A program made the position numbers and the translations under genes. Below, piece after piece: positions 11,301 through 16,294 of a stretch of 64,000 nucleotides of DNA (position 1 is its first letter; each line of letters begins with the position of its first letter). The stretch comes from a bacterium (GTDB lineage: Bacteria > Patescibacteriota > Microgenomatia > Daviesbacterales > UBA10151), in assembly GCA_021786315.1 (NCBI GenBank), contig JAJYNN010000002.1, forward strand, positions 204,402 to 268,401, given 5' to 3'. Below the pieces are notes generated by a model. That model saw nothing but the letters and a program-made list of their open reading frames with translations. It searched no databases and had not been told where the DNA came from.

Positions 11301-12240
11301 GGTTTTGTCTGATAGCAGCCACTGCTGACATGCTGATTTTCTGATCCTGCTGATTCTTTGATTCTCCGATCTTCTGGCTTTCTGAAGCTTGCCCGAAGAT
11401 CTGTTTGGTGCCTTGGGGGTTGACTGAATATCCGGTAACCAGAAAGGCGGTAATTAGCAGGGTAATGACGGCTAACCCGGCAACGAAGAATCCAGCTTTC
11501 CTGATGTAGTTTGGAATGGTTTGTGATATTTGATAAGTGCCGATAGTGATAATTTCGGGCTCGGAAGAAGAGACTGGAGAGCTGAGCAAGGCGTCACCTT
11601 GCCTGACGTCAAGGTGACGCCTTGCTTCTTCCTCGGGCTTGTTTGAGCTCGTGAATGTTGCCAGATCAACCTCCTTATATACCCTTTCACCGTCCTGGTT
11701 GCGGGAAGCAACGAGCTTACCGGCCTGGTCCCAGCGCCTTAAGGTTTTAGTGGAAACCCCTAAGTTTTTGGCGGCTGCGGAGATAGAGAGGACTTTGTCT
11801 AGGGCAACGGTATGGTTAGTGCTTTTAGAGCCGAATTTGAAAGCTTCCAGGGCTTCTTTGGAATAGAGTCTGGTTCCACCCGGAGTTCTGGTTGGGGTGA
11901 TCTTGCCGGTTTTCTCCCAGCGGCGGAGGGTATCAATGGAAATCTTGAGGTATTTGGCAGCCTCGCCGATGTGCATCAGAGTATCGGAGGATCGATGTGT
12001 CGGTGTATCGGAATTTCGGTGGGTCAGAGTATCAGTGTTTTGGTGTTTTGGTGTTTCGGAAGATTGGGTTTTGATCCAAGAGGGGGTAGAGTCGGAAATC
12101 CAGGGGTCTTGCGGGGCCTCCATGGTTTTGACTTTCTTGGTGGCGGCTTTCTTAGAAGCTTGTTTTTTTGTTGCGGAAACCAGGGGTTTAAAGACCAAAG
12201 AAGTGCTATTTTTTTTGGCAGTTGCAGACGGTTTTTTCAT
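2365..12240 (-). CDS. Giant 3291-aa membrane-anchored protein: two MerR/BldC-type HTHs, TM helix, about 20 GNVGIGTTxP repeats, peptidase G2/intramolecular-chaperone-like domain, coiled coil
   Basis: ORF track; IGEAAKYLKISIDTLRRWEKTGKI..RTPGGTRLY and ISAAAKNLGVSTKTLRRWDQAGKL..RNQDGERVY; TM FFVAGLAVITLLITAFLV; DLAENY...GIISTNP...PVSLAGRVSLKVSTENGPIQTGDYITSS; LASTSAQ heptads. Confidence 0.9.
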   Translation of the reverse strand: MKKPSATAKKNSTSLVFKPLVSATKKQASKKAATKKVKTMEAPQDPWISDSTPSWIKTQSSETPKHQNTDTLTHRNSDTPTHRSSDTLMHIGEAAKYLKISIDTLRRWEKTGKITPTRTPGGTRLYSKEALEAFKFGSKSTNHTVALDKVLSISAAAKNLGVSTKTLRRWDQAGKLVASRNQDGERVYKEVDLATFTSSNKPEEEARRHLDVRQGDALLSSPVSSSEPEIITIGTYQISQTIPNYIRKAGFFVAGLAVITLLITAFLVTGYSVNPQGTKQIFGQASESQKIGESKNQQDQKISMSAVAAIRQNQQVLGASTSKPSFIASLLQPFDNLAQSIITNFAPAKAKDLGFHKNSDDQRFNLDETAIIEVDDKTIANRKELAQQIKQSDRKIDNVNANLTEISTSLPQGIAYVDFIGKTIIDSYGNVYPSNSGLAPPVKPTIGTTTNPYYGLYLHRFSVDNGGNLKVLGQTTLGESGDDYVKIVGRLSNDLIPEANGVESLGDGDHYWKNAYINNITGATAGYATLMVSSVLNLPDGTAASPALTFTNDPDSGLYRLSANTIALTTNGTAGNGITINSSGNLGIGTTSPAYTLDVSKNVSGSTYLARFNNTNPDGDLNILFDNQSTHATALVNAVDGTKEFAIYTQPSPAKTSFLTYPNGGPARFSMTIEEGGNVGIGTTSPIAPLHVESTYTNPSVANLYNIYGKVTVTSGYNGSPYPAAKGGYFESDFTGTNTQRTMMGSDSRVYNTSSGTITYTYGATGALYNQSTGTFTNGFGTFGLISNVTGATLTTGAGAYGSIINSGTTSTGYGVEGYLINSSGGTWTTASALYGNVSNSGASTITTLRGLDLSGWSNSGTVNTSYGIYMDNSIDVGATKYALYSSSASNSYLAGNVGIGTTSPDYLLTIQKDNQDMVSWRNSTYELGRLGYVGVDAVDAGWIGLYSSGNKTININASGSSYFNNGNVGIGTTSPTYKLDVAGTARLGATTVTGAISASTGSLDIGSAGVKFGTIYADTVNATSLVGTVVGGQTDSADWTINADNVSADTEPMNLIFERGTETPNAILGWDIGKQFTLNSGLSITNGIGSGNVGIGTTSPASLLDVMGTAKLTQLDFRNAGATLDTSGNNLRFVNTGIDDRAAIDITNGNMYVKGNLGIGVSTMPTQAGLAVMSGNVGIGTTAPSQALDVVGNQSLSGKLALGGSSIDSNTYSNLNLTIAPSAVTYGYLANLTTTTAKNIYPGTFIANNNSSSGAISWQPGIAVQSNNNDAGTITGALGGDIRVQNTSSGTIATAYGLYLPIFNTSNGNITTAYGIWSKIRSGSSASGTISSASLYYGTGEVGNASGTIGTLYGLNLSGWSNSGTVNTSYGIYMDNSIDVGATKYALYSSSASNSYFAGNIGVGTTSPSQLLNVYSPNQGAIASIETAQANEYAELYLVSNGDMWSISHESNNNRLGIYEGSDERLSIKDGGNVGIGTTNPGVKLEVASSLGTLTSPSSVTNFRVRNDGSTSNNAGISIVSGNAASSYLLMGDNENDDIGFIEYNNTNNWMAFTTNGSEKLRINSAGNVGIGTTSPSTLLDVNGTSTFRGASTYNGNLTLNYSGTAVVGSPSTAYNSYALNLSSNEWNSATGNETKTAVIQMRPRTVNVNPTVATLSFDVGSATNILNLQDNGNVGIGTTAPATLFDINSKFNVLSSGNVGINKVTPGGTAASAKLHIVGDNVTNNAVLIAQQGVGTTYTNYRNGLLVGMGGDTNNHDVAIWSDGSSLGFIQSVQLSNSFKPLALNPNGGTVGVGYANPGTTAALAVNGNLGIGTTAPNYLLSVSNGATDYFTVDSTSATYNVPTSFTSSGDVSMAYDLNFTNPTASNIKSQAPLSITAGETFNSSDLSLNTYNAGSVNITQNNQPTASGTAYALQVLPNLTSSTNSLTYTAQYGTYSVPTVNLSGTSGTVTSLYNNYQGLTASAGTVTNWYGYYVAAPTGAGTVTNKYAFVSESGTGNVGIGTTAPEDLLSIVQPSAAYLSEIVRIANNNGSGSEELRLGVDTTGLFSFIQSTHQGTGQTPLILNGAGGNVGIGTTNPAYKFSVVAGTNANVYIGQDTINRGLLFFTDAANNEQYADLRAYDFTFKTNNLNRMFISQSGNVGIGTTSPQYLLDIGSGGAGYEVHINDDLKVEDLSQAGRMYTPGSLIIGDATTYQGATQPTYGALIQGNVGIGTTSPQSSLQVYGSTEGKGITVGGISTWADADILRMYSDGDTTSYIKRVEDSGDANGGYGLIRFETNANNAAYNGLGGFNFGKTSGPDYLRITNMGNVGIGTTNPVSLTNIFGNSSSNTSLLYLDQNSTGDAAMNFRIVGTTGWRMGIDNSDSDKFKISSSTLSDDFGTDYLTITTSGNIGIGTTNPSQLLHLNNGNLYVNGGTIGLSTTPDSAKQLYVDHTYSNTSGTEYGIFSNTRADFGGTAATTSVFGTHGQVILGANQLADSTSGDVAGGLFQVTHLGQATQGAAKALEAVVRVGYPGAGNAANILTNGYGLYVQSPNVDSAHSSSLVNAYGLFLEAQKATGVSTGYGIYQAGASDISYFAGNVGIGTTAPGNFSGLSFTGPILDVNGPIQTRTGTLNIGGSTYRKAAISTPTADAADPYLSFYVVPSGSSSTANEDMRIDKTGNIYLANINSSLGSATLFAGNAGNVGIGTTSPVQKLEVNGDFRLWRDGLNNMGLQVGFNNTNNITNMSFRDRTDTNYQDVFMEGKSWTFRYNGNSTAGLSIASTGAVSMNLRTTANTYALCHATNGPAMEEITDCNGSATDLAENYGTTDSSIEAGDLVIATGQAKVVADPHEGKPTSKAYMAKSSQPYQSNILGIISTNPNQLYGDDIFDPSENPRPVSLAGRVSLKVSTENGPIQTGDYITSSSISGVGMKATRPGQVVGKALQDYSGTGIGKILVLVNVTFADPSDILANLTLDTDGSLIVPKLKAGTLEIDGPATVNGSLQVADSSLNSSDLTSSGTPAAASSATPNYIEVASTLKTFDNQLATQSAQLASVTAQADVLSAQVASTSAQIASTSAQLASNSAQLASTSAQLAKVQSDVDSLKLTPPDTLLATTSAQLVDLKVTSDATISGKLEAYDTEIQNSFKSFGETTLGNTTIAGDLTQDGTLSITSGNTINSLGTLYLQSSPLADTVDFFNGQVTIDKTGRIVATEVVAKTVTTEKLNIANPVSGAEHIGTATIPAGATEIPVNTTATTANSKVFLTATSSTGGQALIVSYQEAGLGFIVSLDHTYASDIKFNWWIVDSSQ
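3003..3165 (-). repeat. 21-bp coding tandem repeat (LASTSAQ heptad coiled coil)
   Basis: LATQSAQ LASVTAQ ADVLSAQ VASTSAQ IASTSAQ LASNSAQ LASTSAQ in the translation. Confidence 0.8.
11585..11626. repeat. Family A palindrome (arms in swapped order), in frame in giant gene
   Basis: agCAAGGCGTCACCTTG-cctgacgt-CAAGGTGACGCCTTGct; encodes ARRHLDVRQGDALL. Confidence 0.85.
11975..12060. repeat. 8-bp-period repeat tract in frame in giant gene (second tract about 11322-11385)
   Basis: atcagagt atcggagg atcgatgt gtcggtgt atcggaat ttcggtgg gtcagagt atcagtgt; same unit as intergenic tract 19849-19921. Confidence 0.7.
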
Positions 12241-12306
12241 GAAACTTTACCCAGATTTTTTTTGCCTAGATTTGGGTAATCTAGTAGGTTCCGTCTGCCT
12301 AGATTT

Positions 12307-12336
12307 ATCTTAGACAATTATTATTATTGATGTCAA
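12307..12336 (-). promoter_or_regulatory. Sigma70-like promoter of giant gene, overlapped by direct repeats
   Basis: Minus strand TTGACA-18 nt-TAAGAT; repeats TTAGACAA (12310, 12345) and TGCCTAGATTT (12263, 12296). Confidence 0.6.
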
Positions 12337-12442
12337 TATATTATTTAGACAAGATGGATCTATTTTGTAAGTATTTTGTCCAACTACTTGCTAGGGTTTG
12401 ATATCACTTAAAAATACCCCAAAAGGTGGTGCTTTTTCTTAA

Positions 12443-12525
12443 AAGGCCACTCCCTCGCCGGATGGCAGGGGTGGCCTTATGAAATTCTCAAGGTGACGCC
12501 TGCCTTGCGGACGAGGCGTCACCTT
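12443..12525. repeat. Two adjacent family A palindromes
   Basis: AAGGCCACTCCCT-n11-AGGGGTGGCCTT (12443-12478) and AAGGTGACGCCT-n12-AGGCGTCACCTT (12490-12525). Confidence 0.8.
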
Positions 12526-12611
12526 TTAAGGGCTTAACGGCCTTTGATTCTGAGCGAGTAAAGATAAAGCTTCTAAAAGTTGGCAATGGGAAAGGTGGTA
12601 AAAAAAGGGAT

Positions 12612-12672
12612 AAAAAAGTCCTAAGGCAGGAGTATCCGTCTGCTGCTACTCCTACCCTAGGACCAACTAACT
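12612..12672 (-). ncRNA. Candidate ~60-nt small RNA or attenuator (hairpin + U tract)
   Basis: Minus: GTCCTAGGGTAGGAGTA-GCAGCAGACGGA-TACTCCTGCCTTAGGAC-TTTTTT, directly after a promoter. Confidence 0.5.
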
Positions 12673-12678
12673 GTTCTT

Positions 12679-12707
12679 AGTGTAAAGAAAAGTGAAAACC
12701 ATGTCAA
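12679..12707 (-). promoter_or_regulatory. Near-consensus sigma70 promoter
   Basis: Minus strand TTGACA-17 nt-TACACT. Confidence 0.7.
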
Positions 12708-12887
12708 GAGGTCGTTCTGTATCAAACTCCCTCAAAACTTTTACCGCATGACCATAAATAGCCTCAAAGTTACCCAAAGCTAACAAAGTCACTTGATCAT
12801 AATATATTTACACTATATCAAAATAGGTAAACTCTGAACCCATTTGATCTTGTGAAAACATGTAGTGAAAACTATCTATCCTTGCAA

Positions 12888-13119
12888 AAGGGCACTCCTT
12901 GGCGCAAGTTAAGGGGTGCCCTTGAGAATTGGAAAGCTAAGAATTTGTTTTGCGTCTTTTTTAGAAAAAGACGCCCAAAAATCGCCCACGGGAACGGTCC
13001 CTAAATTCTACGGCTTGCTGGTCGGGGGAAAGCTGCCCCCTCGATCACGGCTTTGCCGGATCGGCATCCCCCTGACAGCTTCGCCTAGAATTCTTAACGG
13101 GCTTACGTTCCAAGTGGGC
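12888..13119 (+). repeat. Structured ~230-nt element copy 1 (family A palindrome + nested stems)
   Basis: 12965-13104 is identical to 22831-22970; homologous layout at 29191 and 33206. Confidence 0.85.
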
Positions 13120-13201
13120 CAGGAAGAAAGAGGGAAGAAGAGGTTGTAGGTTTATTCCACTTGCACTAGGTATGGTCAAAGCCGTAAAATTGAGACTAAC
13201 A

Positions 13202-13282
13202 ATGAAGAAGTATCAACCAAACCAGATAAGGATCTACTCGCAAGGCTCGCAGACCCTTGTCTTTGAGGGAGGAGTTAAATGA
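13202..13282 (+). other. Short upstream ORF resembling a displaced LeuS N-terminus
   Basis: MKKYQPNQIRIYSQGSQTLVFEGGVK*; its TGA overlaps the leuS ATG; promoter TTGCAC-18-TAAAAT at 13161-13190. Confidence 0.45.
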
Positions 13283-15666
13283 GTATTGGTAAATATATTC
13301 CCTCAAAGATTGAGCCTAAGTGGCAAAAGAGGTGGGAGGAGAGCAACCTTTATTCCACCGACTTGTCCAAGCCAAACAAGTATTACGTTTTAGCTGAGTT
13401 TACCTACCCTTCCGGCGACCTCCATATGGGCCATTGGTTTACCTTTTCCGGGGCAGATATCTTTGCCCGCTATAAGAGGCTAAACAGCTTCAATGTCTTT
13501 TTCCCTAATGGTTTTGATGCTTTTGGCTTGCCGGCCGAAAACGCTGCCATCAAGCGGGGAATTCACCCACAAGATTGGACTTTAGCAAACATCGAACGGA
13601 TGAAACAGCAGTTTGCCACCATGGGTGCTAGTTTTAGCTTTGATCACGAGGTTATCACCTGCTTACCGGAATATTACAAGTGGAACCAGTGGATTTTTTT
13701 GCAGATGCTCAAGCGGGGTTTGGCCTACAAAGGCAAATATTTATCAAACTGGTGCAGTAAGTGCCAGACTGTGTTGGCTAATGAAGCTGTGGAAGCGGGG
13801 GCCTGCTGGAGATGCGGGACGGAAGTTGTGCAAAAGGAGATTGACCAGTGGTTTTTCAAAATCACCGAGTATGCCGACAGGCTCATTTGGCCGGAAAAGC
13901 CGGATGTTGATTGGCCTAAATCATTGCGTGACGCCCAGAACATTTGGATTGGCAGATCCGCCGGGGCGTTAGTAAAGTTTGATGGGCTGGAAGTGTTTAC
14001 GACGCGTCCGGACACGCTTTTCGGGGCTACCTTTGTTGTTGTCAGTCCCGAACACCCGCTGCTAAAACAACTAACTGAGGCTAATGAGCAACAAAAAGTT
14101 GAGGACTATGTAGCGGCCGCCAAAAAGAAAAGTGAATTGGAGAGAAAAGAGAACAAAGACAAGTCGGGGGTATTTACCGGCTCCTTTGTTAAAAACCCAA
14201 TGACCGGAGAAGAGATTCCGGTTTGGGTGGCTGACTATGTTTTACCGGGGTATGGGACGGGAGCCATTATGGCTGTTCCAGCTCACGACCAACGGGACTT
14301 TGAGTTTGCCAAAAAGTTTGGTTTGGAGATAAAACAAGTCATTAAGGCTGGGGGTCCTGCCGCTCTAACCCAAGCTTATGAAGGAGACGGGGTGCTAATT
14401 AATAGTGGGGAGTACGATGGGTTAAGTATCGAAGAAGCGAAGAAAGTTATAACAGACTTTCTGGCAAGTAAGCGCATTGGTTCGCAGATGATTTATTACC
14501 ACTTGCACGATTGGTCAATTTCCCGGCAAAGGTATTGGGGAACTCCGATCCCGGTTATTTACTGTGAGAAGTGCGGCACTGTGCCTGTTCCGGAAGAGGA
14601 CCTGCCGGTCAAGTTGCCTTATGACGTTGATTATGCGCCTTCCGGCAAGCCGCCTTTGGCCACCAACGAAGATTGGCTGAATGTGAAGTGCCCCAAGTGT
14701 GGAGGGGAAGCCAAAAGGGATGCGGAAACTATGGATACTTTTGTGGACTCTTCCTGGTACTTCTTCCGCTACCTGGATCCTAAGTTCGATATCGCCCCTT
14801 TTGATAAAGAGCTGGCTCAAAAAATTATGCCGGTTGATATTTACTTTGGAGGAGCGGAACACAATTTAGGCCACACCCTCTATTCCCGGTTCTTTACCAA
14901 AATTTTCCATGACTTAGGCTTAACTGATATAGAAGAATATGCTTTGAGACGGATCAATCACGGAATTGTCTTGGGTCCGGATGGCCAGAAGATGAGCAAG
15001 TCCCGGGGGAATGTAGTCAATCCGGATGAAGAGGTGAAAAAATACGGTGCTGACGCAGTGAGGATCCATATGGCCTTCTTTATGCCCTATGAAGGTTCAT
15101 CAGGGCCGTGGATTTCCGAGCGGGTTTGGGGACCATACAGGTTTCTGGAACGGGTTTGGAACTTATTTGATAAGGTAACTGGAGACCAACCGCAAGCGAA
15201 AGACCTCTTAATGATGAATCGGGCAATTAAGAAAGTTGGCCAGGATATTGAAGGGATCAGGTTTAACACCGCTGTGGCGGCCTTAATGGAGTGGTTAAAT
15301 TACTTAAGTGGCAGGGAAAAGGTTAGCCGGGAAGAGTACAAGACTTTCCTGCAGCTTTTGGCACCTTTTGCCCCGCATATGACAGAAGAATTGTGGGAGA
15401 TGATGGGGGAGAAATACTCCATTCACGAGCAACCATGGCCAAAATTTGAGGAGAAGCACTTGGAAGAAGAGGAAGCAACCGTTGCGGTTTCAGTTAACGG
15501 CAAGGTCCGGGACCAGCTGGTGATTGGAAAAGATATAGCAAGTGATAGTAAGGTAGTAGAAAATAAGGCCAAAGAGAGCCAAAAAGTGCAAAAGTTTCTG
15601 GAGGGGAAAGAGATTAAGAAAGTCGTGTATATACCTGTGAAAATAATCAACTTCGTTACGGACTAA
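13279..15666 (+). CDS. leuS: Leucine--tRNA ligase
   Basis: YPSGDLHMGH (HIGH), KMSKS, DWSISRQRYWGTPIP, editing domain FTTRPDT/GTGAIMAVPAHD. Confidence 0.97.
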   Translation: MSIGKYIPSKIEPKWQKRWEESNLYSTDLSKPNKYYVLAEFTYPSGDLHMGHWFTFSGADIFARYKRLNSFNVFFPNGFDAFGLPAENAAIKRGIHPQDWTLANIERMKQQFATMGASFSFDHEVITCLPEYYKWNQWIFLQMLKRGLAYKGKYLSNWCSKCQTVLANEAVEAGACWRCGTEVVQKEIDQWFFKITEYADRLIWPEKPDVDWPKSLRDAQNIWIGRSAGALVKFDGLEVFTTRPDTLFGATFVVVSPEHPLLKQLTEANEQQKVEDYVAAAKKKSELERKENKDKSGVFTGSFVKNPMTGEEIPVWVADYVLPGYGTGAIMAVPAHDQRDFEFAKKFGLEIKQVIKAGGPAALTQAYEGDGVLINSGEYDGLSIEEAKKVITDFLASKRIGSQMIYYHLHDWSISRQRYWGTPIPVIYCEKCGTVPVPEEDLPVKLPYDVDYAPSGKPPLATNEDWLNVKCPKCGGEAKRDAETMDTFVDSSWYFFRYLDPKFDIAPFDKELAQKIMPVDIYFGGAEHNLGHTLYSRFFTKIFHDLGLTDIEEYALRRINHGIVLGPDGQKMSKSRGNVVNPDEEVKKYGADAVRIHMAFFMPYEGSSGPWISERVWGPYRFLERVWNLFDKVTGDQPQAKDLLMMNRAIKKVGQDIEGIRFNTAVAALMEWLNYLSGREKVSREEYKTFLQLLAPFAPHMTEELWEMMGEKYSIHEQPWPKFEEKHLEEEEATVAVSVNGKVRDQLVIGKDIASDSKVVENKAKESQKVQKFLEGKEIKKVVYIPVKIINFVTD

Positions 15667-15748
15667 AAAAGGTTTCTACTTAGCAATCCGCTATTTTTTC
15701 TGCTAGGCTATTAAAGTCCCAGATTAGGTTGTCGCAGAGCACTTTTAT

Positions 15749-15784
15749 AAGGTGACGCCTTGATGTACATCAAGGCGTCACCTT
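15749..15784. repeat. Family A perfect 36-bp palindrome
   Basis: AAGGTGACGCCTTGATGTACATCAAGGCGTCACCTT. Confidence 0.9.
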
Positions 15785-15835
15785 GAGAACTCTTCTTGCT
15801 TGACGGCCAACCTTCTTCTGACTTACCATGAACCC

Positions 15836-16252
15836 ATGGTGCGTGATGACAAGTGGCTTCTTACCCGTTTAGACTTTATCTGGAATAACCATTTCTCCGA
15901 TGTGCCGCAAATCAATCCTGTTTTTATCCGTTTTGGCAGGTTTGCCCGGCTCCGTTTTGGTTCCATCAGGATGGACCCCCGGTCCAAAAAGACCTTCATT
16001 ACCATTACCGGAATGTTTAAGGACCCGAAAATTTCGGAAGAGATAGTGGACCACACGATTGCCCATGAACTTTGCCACTATACCCATGGCTTTTCCTCGC
16101 CCCACAAAAGGCTGCACAAATTTCCGCACGAGGGGGGAATCATTAAGGCTGAACTACAAAATAGGGGTTTGATATATTTGTATAAGGCATACAGGGAATG
16201 GATTAAGGACTACAGGGAAGAATTAAGGGAATATTACCGGAGGAGAAGATAA
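15836..16252 (+). CDS. SprT-like zinc metallopeptidase domain protein
   Basis: HELCH (HExxH) followed by PH..G; ATG 15836 preferred because the TTG at 15800 is part of a -35 box. Confidence 0.7.
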   Translation: MVRDDKWLLTRLDFIWNNHFSDVPQINPVFIRFGRFARLRFGSIRMDPRSKKTFITITGMFKDPKISEEIVDHTIAHELCHYTHGFSSPHKRLHKFPHEGGIIKAELQNRGLIYLYKAYREWIKDYREELREYYRRRR

Positions 16253-16268
16253 TTGTTGCCTGCTTTAT

Positions 16269-16282
16269 AAGGTGACGCCTTG
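16269..16282. repeat. Collapsed family A half-element
   Basis: tttatAAGGTGACGCCTTGagaact has the same flanks as the full copy at 15749. Confidence 0.7.
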
Positions 16283-16294
16283 AGAACTACTATT

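Noticed and set aside
2365-12240. Giant gene as a prophage tail gene
   Set aside because: It has a TM anchor and HTHs, sits beside another surface-protein gene and leuS, and has no phage neighbours.
2486-12313. Many antisense or alternate-frame ORFs inside long genes (here and throughout)
   Set aside because: Shadow ORFs of well-supported genes with no recognisable motifs or start signals.
12618-12663. SRP (4.5S) RNA
   Set aside because: The GCAGC resemblance is superficial; the GGAA tetraloop and CAGG/AGCA symmetric loop are missing.
12916-13149. 77-aa and 91-aa ORFs (also 22746-23021) sharing an identical peptide
   Set aside because: They are read-throughs of the structured repeat; starts and ends differ, and copies 3-4 conserve pairing rather than codons.
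13119-13278. T-box or Leu attenuator upstream of leuS
   Set aside because: No T-box consensus or terminator seen; the upstream peptide has a single Leu.
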